Below are positions 29,415 to 36,574 of a stretch of 64,000 nucleotides of DNA, piece by piece; the stretch's first letter is position 1, and the number at the start of each line of letters is the position of its first letter. The stretch covers positions 5,302 through 69,301 of the forward strand of contig PWYM01000237.1 in NCBI GenBank assembly GCA_003567855.1. Reading direction: 5' to 3'. The notes under the pieces were generated by a model, which was given only the letters and a program-made list of their open reading frames with translations, made no database searches and had not been told where the DNA came from. Position numbers and translations under genes: made by a program. The DNA comes from Gammaproteobacteria bacterium. GTDB lineage: Bacteria > Pseudomonadota > Gammaproteobacteria > Steroidobacterales > PWYM01.

Positions 29415-31484
29415 TCAGAAGCCGTAACTGACGGTCACCCCGACCTGGCGCGGATCACCCCGGCGCACGTAGAGGCGGTCGGCGAAATCCGGCGGCTCCA
29501 GCCCGAAGAAGAACCCGCGTACCGCGTAAGTCTGCTGCAGCAGGTTGCGACCCCACGCCGAGACGCTCCAGCGCTCGCCTTCCCAGCCGACCCGGGCATT
29601 GACGAGGTTGTAGCTGCTCGAACGCTGGTCATGACTGTTGGAGAAATAGAACGCGTCGCGTCCGTTGACCTCGACGCGTCCGAACCAGCCACCGGCGTCA
29701 CGATACTCGAGTCCCAGCGAGTACTGGTAGTTCGGCGCGTGGGCCTGGTCACGACCTACCGGGCCGCCCGGAAACTCACGGAACTCGGTCTCCAGGAGGC
29801 CGACCGATGCCAGCAGCCGCCAGTGCGGCATGAACTGCCACGCGACGTCGGCCTCGACCCCGTAGTTGAACCCGCGCGCGGCGTTGTCGGTGAAGAACAC
29901 GAACGACAGCGGGTCGGCCGGATCGACCTGCAGTGAAGTATCGACCTGCTGGTCTCGGCGCAGCATGTAGAACGCCGCGGCATTTGCCTGCAGACGCCCG
30001 TCCAGCCAGCGACCGCGGATGCCGGTTTCGAAGTTCCACAGGTACTCGGTGTCGAACTCGCGCCGGCCCGCGGGAATGGAGAGGCCGAGGTTGAAACCGC
30101 CGGCCTTGTAGCCTCTCGACGCCGACGCGTACGCGGTGAGCGCATCGGTTGCGAACCAGCTCAGCTCCACGGCACCGCCGAGCATGCTCTCACGCGGGTC
30201 GAAATCCAGCCCCTGCGTGTCGCGGTACTGCGCCCGCCGCTGTTCGAGTCGCAGGCCGGTGGTCAGCTGCCAGCGCTCGGCGAGCGAAAAGTCCAGTTCA
30301 CCGAAGATGGCGAGATTGTCCGCGCGGTAGCGGCTGTCGAGCTCGCGGAACACCGCCTCGTTGAACAGGTCGAGGAAGACGTTGTCCTCGCGAAGGCGCA
30401 TCGCGTAGGCGCCGACGATCCAGTCGACGCGCCCGTCGGCGAACCCGGTGCCGGGCTCCGACATCAACCGCAGTTCCTGGTTCCAGGTGCGCCGCCGACG
30501 GTCCGTGCTCGAGAAGAAATCGTACGGCGCGAAGTCTCCCCAGAACGCGTCGTTGCCCCAGTCACCGTCGAAACTCACGAGAATGTCGGAGTCGGCCCAG
30601 CTCGAGATGCTGACGACGCGCACGTCACCGGGCACCCAGTTCACGCGCAGCGAGGACGCGCGCGATTCCTGCACATCGCGTCCGGGGCGGTCGGACTGCG
30701 TCGTGAAGCTGTTATCGACCGCGAAGGCGTCGTAGCCGTTGTCCAGATCCACCCACATCAGCGTCAGGTCGACCTGCAGCGTATCGTCAGGTTCGAAGCG
30801 CAGGCGGCCGCGTGTCGTCAGTTCGTCCCGGTTGTTCGTATCGCTGCGATCGAGGAACGCGTTGTACCGGAAACCGTCACTTTTCCAGCGGTGCGCCGCG
30901 ATGCGATAGCTGAACCGGTCGTCGATCGGGCCGCCGAAGGCCACCCCCGCGGCGCGGACGTTGTCACCGCCTACGGTGAGTTCGCTGTCGAACTCGAACT
31001 CATCACCCGGCGCACGGGAACGCATGTAGACGAGCCCGGCCAGCGCATTTGCGCCGTATCGCGTGCCCTGCGGCCCCCGCAGCACCTCGACCTGTTCCAT
31101 GTCGAACAGCGTCGCCACGGTACCGATGCCACTGAAGTCGACATCGTCGATGATGAAACCCACCGACGGGTTCGGCGCGCCCTCGTACTGGCTGCGCTCG
31201 CCGATGCCGCGAAGCTGCAGGAAGCGCGGCCGCGACGATTCTCCGGACCAGTTCAGGTTCGGCACCAGCATCAGCAGGTCCTCGAAATGCTGCACGCCGG
31301 CATCGGCGAGCAGACGCTCATCGAGCACGGTGATGCTGCCGGCGATACGGTCGAGGGTGTCGCTGCGGAAATCGGCGGTGACGACGATCTCCTCGAGCGG
31401 CGGGCGGTCGGCGGCGAGCGCCGGCGCGCTCGCGAGCGCGGCCGCGACGCCGAGCGTGGCGGGCTTGATGAATGCACGGGACAT
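29415..31484 (-). CDS. TonB-dependent receptor (TBDR-2), TPP-riboswitch controlled
   Basis: Signal peptide (...SAPALAAD), plug motifs (EEIVVTADF, VEVLRGPQGTRYGANALAGLV), barrel, and terminal ...VTVSYGF. It lies directly downstream of the riboswitch. Confidence 0.92.
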   Translation of the reverse strand: MSRAFIKPATLGVAAALASAPALAADRPPLEEIVVTADFRSDTLDRIAGSITVLDERLLADAGVQHFEDLLMLVPNLNWSGESSRPRFLQLRGIGERSQYEGAPNPSVGFIIDDVDFSGIGTVATLFDMEQVEVLRGPQGTRYGANALAGLVYMRSRAPGDEFEFDSELTVGGDNVRAAGVAFGGPIDDRFSYRIAAHRWKSDGFRYNAFLDRSDTNNRDELTTRGRLRFEPDDTLQVDLTLMWVDLDNGYDAFAVDNSFTTQSDRPGRDVQESRASSLRVNWVPGDVRVVSISSWADSDILVSFDGDWGNDAFWGDFAPYDFFSSTDRRRRTWNQELRLMSEPGTGFADGRVDWIVGAYAMRLREDNVFLDLFNEAVFRELDSRYRADNLAIFGELDFSLAERWQLTTGLRLEQRRAQYRDTQGLDFDPRESMLGGAVELSWFATDALTAYASASRGYKAGGFNLGLSIPAGRREFDTEYLWNFETGIRGRWLDGRLQANAAAFYMLRRDQQVDTSLQVDPADPLSFVFFTDNAARGFNYGVEADVAWQFMPHWRLLASVGLLETEFREFPGGPVGRDQAHAPNYQYSLGLEYRDAGGWFGRVEVNGRDAFYFSNSHDQRSSSYNLVNARVGWEGERWSVSAWGRNLLQQTYAVRGFFFGLEPPDFADRLYVRRGDPRQVGVTVSYGF

Positions 31485-31512
31485 GGATCTCTCCTGCTGG
31501 CAAAAGAGATCC
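31485..31512 (-). promoter_or_regulatory. Riboswitch expression platform: hairpin overlapping the Shine-Dalgarno sequence
   Basis: On the minus strand, GGAUCUCU-uuugccagcagg-AGAGAUCC lies immediately before the AUG (31484). The SD AGGAG (31495-31491) lies in the loop and 3' arm. Confidence 0.6.
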
Positions 31513-31547
31513 GGTTACAACTGCGCGGGAGGTGCTGGGTAAGGCGG

Positions 31548-31647
31548 CCTCGTCCCTACGCCGGTACTAACCGGATCAGGTTCAACGGGTTGGCTGCTGT
31601 GCCGACGGGCCGGCAGCCTCTCAGGTCCGTTCAGACCACCCCGGAGG
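31548..31647 (-). promoter_or_regulatory. TPP (THI-box) riboswitch aptamer
   Basis: The minus strand reads CCUCCGGGGUGGUCUGAACGGACCUGAGAGGCUGCC...CAGCCAACCCGUUGAACCUGAUCCGGUUAGUACCGGCGUAGGGACGAGG. It contains the invariant GGGGUG, CUGAGA, ACCC..GAACCUGAUCCGG.UA.UACCGGCGUAGGGA blocks. Confidence 0.9.
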
Positions 31648-31707
31648 AAGAGTGAACTCTAAAGCACGTGAAGCGCCCGCTCAAGCGGCGCCGGGCAGCG
31701 CAGCGAG

Positions 31708-32238
31708 CTATTCGCCCATGCGCGGCAGCAGCTCGGCGAGGTTGCACGGCCGCGTACGGTTGTCGAGCTGGTGTGACAGCAGGCGGTCCCACGCGGTCGC
31801 GCAGGCGTTCGCCGAGCCGGGCAGGCAGAACACGCAGGTGCTGTTGGCAACCCCCGCGACGGCGCGCGACTGGATCGTCGAGGTGCCGATCTCGTCGAAC
31901 GACACCCAGCGGAAGACCTCGCCGAATCCCTCGATGTGCTTGTCGAGCAGCGGCACGATCGCCTCGGGCGTGCCATCGCGCCCGGTGACGCCGGTGCCGC
32001 CGGTGGTGATGATGACCTCGACGTCGGGGTCGGCGATCCATGCCGAGACGACCGCCCGAATCTTGTAGATGTCGTCGGGGACGATCTGGCGATCGGCCTG
32101 CGAGTGTCCGGCCCGCAGCAGGCGGTCGAGCAGCAGCGCGCCGGACTTGTCGGAGGCCTCGGTGCGCGTGTCGGAGATCGTCAGCACGGCGATCTTCAAC
32201 GGCCGCATTCCGTCGGCGCTGGCCTTCTTCTTCGTCAC
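31708..32238 (-). CDS. moaB: Molybdenum cofactor biosynthesis protein B
   Basis: MogA/MoaB fold with [12 protein letters not shown] and [18 protein letters not shown]. The GTG start at 32238 is preceded by AGGAG with a 6-nt spacer; the track start at 32307 is less likely. Confidence 0.85.
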   Translation of the reverse strand: MTKKKASADGMRPLKIAVLTISDTRTEASDKSGALLLDRLLRAGHSQADRQIVPDDIYKIRAVVSAWIADPDVEVIITTGGTGVTGRDGTPEAIVPLLDKHIEGFGEVFRWVSFDEIGTSTIQSRAVAGVANSTCVFCLPGSANACATAWDRLLSHQLDNRTRPCNLAELLPRMGE

Positions 32239-32386
32239 GACGAACTCCTGTAGACGGGGTGGGTGTCGGGCGGACTCGGCCCGTCCTGACGGACGGGCCG
32301 GCCACATCCCGGGTCACGCTGGTCTTCGACCGCCAGTGCCGCCGACACCGTGCGCGTGACGCCGCGCCTCTCCCCAGAGAAATCGA

Positions 32387-32714
32387 TCAGCGTGCCTCCT
32401 GGCGCAAATGATCGCCCAGCAGCGCATTAAACCGCGATGCCGCGATGCGTCCGAGGCGCTCCGCGACGCCGCCGACGCGCTTGTAGCGCAGAATATCGTT
32501 GATCATGTCGCGCGAAACAAGCTTCGGGTCGGCAAACAGCTCGGTAAGCACCGGCTTGAGCTCACGCCGGTCGCGATCGCCTCCTGGCCCGCATAGAGGT
32601 GCAGGAAGCCGGGAATGTCGCCGGTGGTGTTCTCGGTGTGGATACGATCCTCGAAGTCGCGGATGGTACGCATCGCCGGTAGGCGTCGAGGAGCTGGTCT
32701 GGCGAGAGCTGCAT
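32387..32714 (-). pseudogene. Remnant of an acetoin/2-oxoacid dehydrogenase operon: E1-alpha (acoA-like) N-terminus joined to an internal AcoC-like (E2, alpha/beta-hydrolase type) segment
   Basis: MQLSPDQLLDAYRR (ATG at 32714), then a 1-nt frameshift, then MRTIRDFEDRIHTENTTGDIPGFLHLYAGQEAIATGV (E1-alpha N-terminus). At about 32563 it switches frame into ELKPVLTELFADPKLVSRDMINDILRYKRVGGV..., which matches the LKP..LFADP.LV.R.M..D.LK.KR..GV block of AcoC. TGA at 32389-32387. Confidence 0.6.
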
Positions 32715-32784
32715 GCTTCCCCCTGCAGGATCGTTCCGCCATTCTAGCCTGCACCGGTCACAACGTGAGGTTGTGGGGCGAGCC

Positions 32785-32820
32785 ATGCGTCATGGCCGCC
32801 TTAAGGCGGCCATGACGCAT
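32785..32820. repeat. Perfect 36-bp spacerless palindrome
   Basis: ATGCGTCATGGCCGCCTT|AAGGCGGCCATGACGCAT. The two 18-nt arms are exact reverse complements. It yields the same peptide (RHGRLKAAMTH) in ORFs on both strands. Confidence 0.95.
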
Positions 32821-32855
32821 CAGCCACGACGCGTGGCGCGCGGCCAGCGGATACA

Positions 32856-34520
32856 ATGCCAGGCGCCGCCCCCCAACCGGAACCGACTGGAGAGCCCTTG
32901 GCCGCCGCAGAACCGATCCAGGCCGGCGCGCTCGCGCCACTCAGGAGGCCGGTGTTCCGGGCGCTGTGGATCGCCATCTTCATCTCGTCGCTCGGCACCT
33001 GGATGCACGAGGTAGGCGCCGGCTGGCTGATGAGCTCGCTTGCCCCCGACCCGTTCATGGTTGCGCTGGTCCAGTCCGCGGTCGTGCTGCCGGGCTTCTT
33101 CCTTGCGCTGCCCGCCGGCGCGCTCGCCGACATGGTCGATCGCAGGATCTACCTGATCGTCGTGATGTGCTGGCAGATCACCGTCGCGGGGACGCTGGCG
33201 GTGATGACGGCTCTCGGGCTCGTCGACAGCCGCACGCTGCTGGCGCTGACCTTTGCGATGGGCATGGGCACCGCGATGATGATGCCTGCGTTCAGCGCGG
33301 TCATCCCCGACCTCGTGCCACGCCGCGAGCTGACCGCCGCACTGACACTCAACAGCATCGCGATGAACACCACGCGCGCGCTCGGACCGGCGCTGGCCGG
33401 TGTGCTGATCGCGATCGCCGGTCCGGCGGTGGTGTTCGCGTTCAACTCGGTCAGTTTTCTCGCGCTGCTCGCGGTGCTGATCCCGTGGCGCAACACCCAG
33501 CCGCGCAGCACGCTGCCCGGGGAACGATTCTTCGGCGCCATCCGCACCGGTCTGCGTTTCGCCGCGCAATCGCCGGCGCTCAAGGTCGTGCTGGTACGCA
33601 CGCTGGCGTTCTTCGGCATGGGCAGCGTGCTGTGGGCGTTCCTGCCACTGATCGTGCGGGAACAGCTCGGCGGCGGTCCCCAGGCCTATGGCCTCGTGCT
33701 CGGCTCGGCCGGTGCCGGTGCGGTGATCGGCGGACTCAACCTGCCCCGGCTGCGCAATCGGTTCAGCGGCGACCAGATCATGACATATGCGACCTTCACG
33801 CTCGTCACGGGGCTGATCGGTCTTGCATTCCTGCCGACCATCCCGCTGGTCGCGCTCGCGATGGTGCTCGCCGGCAGCGCATGGATCGCCGCAGTCTCCA
33901 CGCTGCAGGTCGCCGCCCAGCTCGCTTTGCCCGCGTGGGTGCGCGCGCGCGGCCTCGCAATATTCCTGACGTGCTTCATGGGTGCGATGGCACTGGGCGC
34001 GGCGCTCTGGGGCCGCGTCGCATCGCTGACCGACATCCCGACGGCGATCGTCGGTGCGTGCGTGTTCGGCATTCTCGCGTGGCTTGCGACCGCGCGGCTG
34101 CGAATCGAGCGGCATGACGAGCACGACCGCTCGCTCGCGGTCCCGGTGCCGGTACCCGAACTCGAGGTACCCGTCGCCCACGAACGCGGCCCGGTCATGG
34201 TCGAGGTCACCTACACGATTCCACCTGGCAGTGTCGCCGCTTTCCAGCGCGCGATGCGCGACGTCCGCCGCATGCGCCTGCGCAATGGCGCGGTGAACTG
34301 GAACCTCTTCCAGGACACCGCCGACAGCAGGCGCTGGACCGAGGTCTTCATCGACGACACGTGGCTGTCACACCTGCGCCAGCACCATCGCCTGACGGTC
34401 GAGGACCGCGCGATCAAGGCGCACGCCGACACCTTTCACGTCGGCGACGGCCCGCCGCACGTGCGGCACATGATCGCGCGCAACCCGCGCAAGCGCCGAC
34501 GGCGCTGGCAGTGGCTGTGA
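32856..34520 (+). CDS. MFS transporter with an extra about 130-aa C-terminal soluble domain
   Basis: About 12 TM helices beginning LAPLRRPVFRALWIAIFISSLGTWM, then a non-membrane tail (VMVEVTYTIPPGSVAAFQRAMRDVRRMRLRNGAVNWNLFQD...RWTEVF). Alternative upstream and downstream starts are possible. Confidence 0.8.
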   Translation: MPGAAPQPEPTGEPLAAAEPIQAGALAPLRRPVFRALWIAIFISSLGTWMHEVGAGWLMSSLAPDPFMVALVQSAVVLPGFFLALPAGALADMVDRRIYLIVVMCWQITVAGTLAVMTALGLVDSRTLLALTFAMGMGTAMMMPAFSAVIPDLVPRRELTAALTLNSIAMNTTRALGPALAGVLIAIAGPAVVFAFNSVSFLALLAVLIPWRNTQPRSTLPGERFFGAIRTGLRFAAQSPALKVVLVRTLAFFGMGSVLWAFLPLIVREQLGGGPQAYGLVLGSAGAGAVIGGLNLPRLRNRFSGDQIMTYATFTLVTGLIGLAFLPTIPLVALAMVLAGSAWIAAVSTLQVAAQLALPAWVRARGLAIFLTCFMGAMALGAALWGRVASLTDIPTAIVGACVFGILAWLATARLRIERHDEHDRSLAVPVPVPELEVPVAHERGPVMVEVTYTIPPGSVAAFQRAMRDVRRMRLRNGAVNWNLFQDTADSRRWTEVFIDDTWLSHLRQHHRLTVEDRAIKAHADTFHVGDGPPHVRHMIARNPRKRRRRWQWL

Positions 34521-34548
34521 ACGGCAATCACGGATACGGACGCCTGCC

Positions 34549-35226
34549 GTGAGCCTTGACAGGCGCGCCATCGCACGTCGCCGGTCACCGCCGGGCCGCG
34601 CGCGCCACGAACCGGTCGCCGTGCTGCTCGCCGCCGGTGCCTCGCGGCGACTGGGATTCAACAAGGCGCTGCTGTCGGACCGCGGTGCCCCGCTGGTCGT
34701 CGGGCGCATCCGGGCACTCAAGGCCGCGGGCCTGCGCGACATCAGGGTCGTCGTCGGTCGTGACTGGCTGCGCGTGGCCCGCACCGTGCGCCGCGCCGGC
34801 GCCCGCCCGGTACGCAACCCCGACTGGCGCGCGGGCATGGCAGGGAGTCTTGCCAAGGGCCTGGGCGACACCCCGCCGGGCACGCGGTGCCTGATCGCTG
34901 CGGTAGACCAGTACCGGCTGCGCGCCGAAGACTATCGCCGTATCGTTGCGCGTACCGACGCTGCCGGGCTGCGCGCAAGTGCCGCGGCATCTCCCGGCGG
35001 AGCAGGCGTGCCTGTGATGCTGCCGGCCCGATGGCGTGCACCGCTGCTTCGCGCGCGCCCTGATCCCGACCACGGCGCACGCCGGTTGCTGCGCGCGCGG
35101 GCGCGCGCCGTCAACGTGAGTGCGCTACCCCGCGCACGCGACGATCTTGACCGGCCGACAGACCTGCGACCCGGGCGTCACCGGGTGCCCCGGGATGCGC
35201 ATGACCCGCACAACCGGCACAGTTGA
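34549..35226 (+). CDS. MobA/MocA-like nucleotidyltransferase (candidate molybdenum cofactor cytidylyltransferase)
   Basis: N-terminal LLAAGASRRLG..KALL (NTP_transf_3 signature) and a C-terminal DDLDRPTDL (DIDTPEDL-like) motif. The 3' tail overlaps moaE by about 116 nt. Confidence 0.7.
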   Translation: MSLDRRAIARRRSPPGRARHEPVAVLLAAGASRRLGFNKALLSDRGAPLVVGRIRALKAAGLRDIRVVVGRDWLRVARTVRRAGARPVRNPDWRAGMAGSLAKGLGDTPPGTRCLIAAVDQYRLRAEDYRRIVARTDAAGLRASAAASPGGAGVPVMLPARWRAPLLRARPDPDHGARRLLRARARAVNVSALPRARDDLDRPTDLRPGRHRVPRDAHDPHNRHS

Positions 35227-35644
35227 CCCAGCCTGAATCGCCGTCGACGTAGAACTCTTTCTTCCAGATCGGCAGGCGGTGCTTGACCTCATCGATGATG
35301 TAGCGACATGCGGCGAACGCCGCATCGCGGTGCCGGGCAGTGACGCCGACCCAAACCGCGACTTCGCCGAGTTCGAGATCGCCGGTGCGGTGACTGCAGC
35401 GCGCATCGAGGATATCGAAACGCGCCAGCGCCTCGGCGATAATGCGATCGCCTTCGCTGATGCAGATCGGCGCATGTACCTCGTAATGCAGCGCGCACAC
35501 CTCGCGGCCCTCGTTGCGGTCGCGCACCCGCCCCTCGAACGACGCATAGCCGCCCGCGCGCGCGTCGTCGAGCGCCGCCTGCAGCGTCGCGATATCGAGT
35601 GCCGAAGCGGTCACCGACATGCGTGCGGTCTGCTCCAAACTCAA
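35111..35644 (-). CDS. moaE: Molybdopterin synthase catalytic subunit
   Basis: FEGRVRDRNEGREV..LHYE and DEVKHRLPIWKKEFYVDGDSGWV are typical of MoaE. Position 35644 is a TTG start; ATG at 35620 is the alternative. It has an extended C-terminal tail. Confidence 0.85.
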   Translation of the reverse strand: MSLEQTARMSVTASALDIATLQAALDDARAGGYASFEGRVRDRNEGREVCALHYEVHAPICISEGDRIIAEALARFDILDARCSHRTGDLELGEVAVWVGVTARHRDAAFAACRYIIDEVKHRLPIWKKEFYVDGDSGWVNCAGCAGHAHPGAPGDARVAGLSAGQDRRVRGVAHSR

Positions 35645-35895
35645 CCTCCTGCCACCGGTGGAAAAAACAGCACGCGGTCACCCTCGGCGAGCGGTGAATG
35701 CCAATCGGATAACGTATCGTTCACCGCCACCTTGCAGCGTTCCGCGTGCTCTGCGAATCCATGACGTGCGGCGAGCTCCTGATAAAGCGCTGCCGGCGTC
35801 TCGGCAGCGGTCTCGACCGTCTCCCGGTCGGTGCCGGCCTGCTCGCGGAACACCGCGAAGTACTCGGCGGTCACGGCTTTAACCGCGGCGCTCAT
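35641..35895 (-). CDS. moaD: Molybdopterin synthase sulfur-carrier subunit
   Basis: 84 aa ending ...FFPPVAGG (the C-terminal Gly-Gly). ATG at 35895 overlaps the moaC stop (ATGA). Confidence 0.85.
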   Translation of the reverse strand: MSAAVKAVTAEYFAVFREQAGTDRETVETAAETPAALYQELAARHGFAEHAERCKVAVNDTLSDWHSPLAEGDRVLFFPPVAGG

Positions 35896-36440
35896 GCAGG
35901 GCCACCCCCCGTGTGCCACGACGCGGTGCCGTGACCGGCTTCGTCATCGTCCCGGGTATGGTCGAAGTCGCGGCGCCCCCCCTGCTTGGCGAGCAGCTCG
36001 GTGCGTTCGATGACGATCTCGTGCGACAGCGCCTTGCACATGTCATAGACCGTCAGCGCGGCGACGCTGGCCCCGGTCAGCGCCTCCATCTCGACGCCGG
36101 TGCGATGCGTGACGGCGACTTCGCAGGTGATTTCCAGGTGGCGGTCCCCGGACCAGTCGATGTGCACGTCAACGCGCTCGAGCGGCAGTGGATGGCAGAA
36201 CGGCACGAGCTCGTGCGTACGCTTCGCGGCCATCACGCCCGCGACGATCGCGGTGTGGACGATCGGCCCCTTCGGACCCGACAGCGACTGCGCCCGGAGC
36301 GTTTGCGCCACGTCCGCCGGAAACGCGACCAGCGCCCGTGCCCGCGCTGACCGCCGTGTGGCGCGCTTGCCGCCGACGTCGACCATGGTCGGACGGTCGG
36401 CCGCATCCACGTGCGAGAGCGTCGTGCGGTGTTCGTTCAT
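35892..36440 (-). CDS. moaC: Cyclic pyranopterin monophosphate synthase
   Basis: [25 protein letters not shown]...[34 protein letters not shown] is the conserved MoaC core. Confidence 0.9.
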   Translation of the reverse strand: MNEHRTTLSHVDAADRPTMVDVGGKRATRRSARARALVAFPADVAQTLRAQSLSGPKGPIVHTAIVAGVMAAKRTHELVPFCHPLPLERVDVHIDWSGDRHLEITCEVAVTHRTGVEMEALTGASVAALTVYDMCKALSHEIVIERTELLAKQGGRRDFDHTRDDDEAGHGTASWHTGGGPA

Positions 36441-36574
36441 CCGTACATCCGAAGCGTTTCAAAGCCCGAGCATGCCGCATCGCGGCCGCCGGGGGAACAC
36501 CCGTCACGGGACCCCGCCGGGCTCGTGTAGACTGCGAGCCCGCACGTTGGGCAAGCCGACCACGGAGGCCTGAG

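Noticed and set aside
32717-32790. Sigma-54 (-24/-12) promoter upstream of the acoA remnant, as expected for AcoR-dependent aco operons
   Set aside because: The best candidate, TGGCGGAACGATCCTGCA, has GG and GC elements spaced 14 nt apart rather than 12, so it does not fit the TGGCAC-N5-TTGC consensus.
35111-35226. The 116-nt convergent overlap of the MocA-like gene and moaE as evidence for a hidden third gene or a frameshift
   Set aside because: Both proteins reach their conserved C-terminal motifs before the overlap. The overlapping parts are low-information tails that simply run on until the first stop codon in GC-rich sequence. This is more parsimonious than a novel overlapping gene.
36188-36574. 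N-terminal extensions of track ORFs (for example 36188 for the ACAD, 53417 for IorB, 50574 for the SBP, 26152 for DUF1499, 22848 for the membrane protein, 42475 for the ThDP enzyme, 11412 for the crotonase)
   Set aside because: The extensions overlap neighbouring real genes or are Arg/Pro-rich low-complexity sequence. Internal starts give canonical N-termini (signal peptides, a Tat motif, conserved first motifs), often with an SD or with start/stop coupling to the upstream gene.
36441-36574. Possible Moco riboswitch upstream of moaC (and in the iorB leader at 53049-53300)
   Set aside because: Hairpins are present (for example GGGCUCG...CGAGCCC and CCCGUgaCGGG). However, I could not recognise the conserved Moco-motif core sequences from memory. 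The 134-bp moaC region must also hold two divergent promoters. A cmscan with RF01055 would settle it, and I make no claim.
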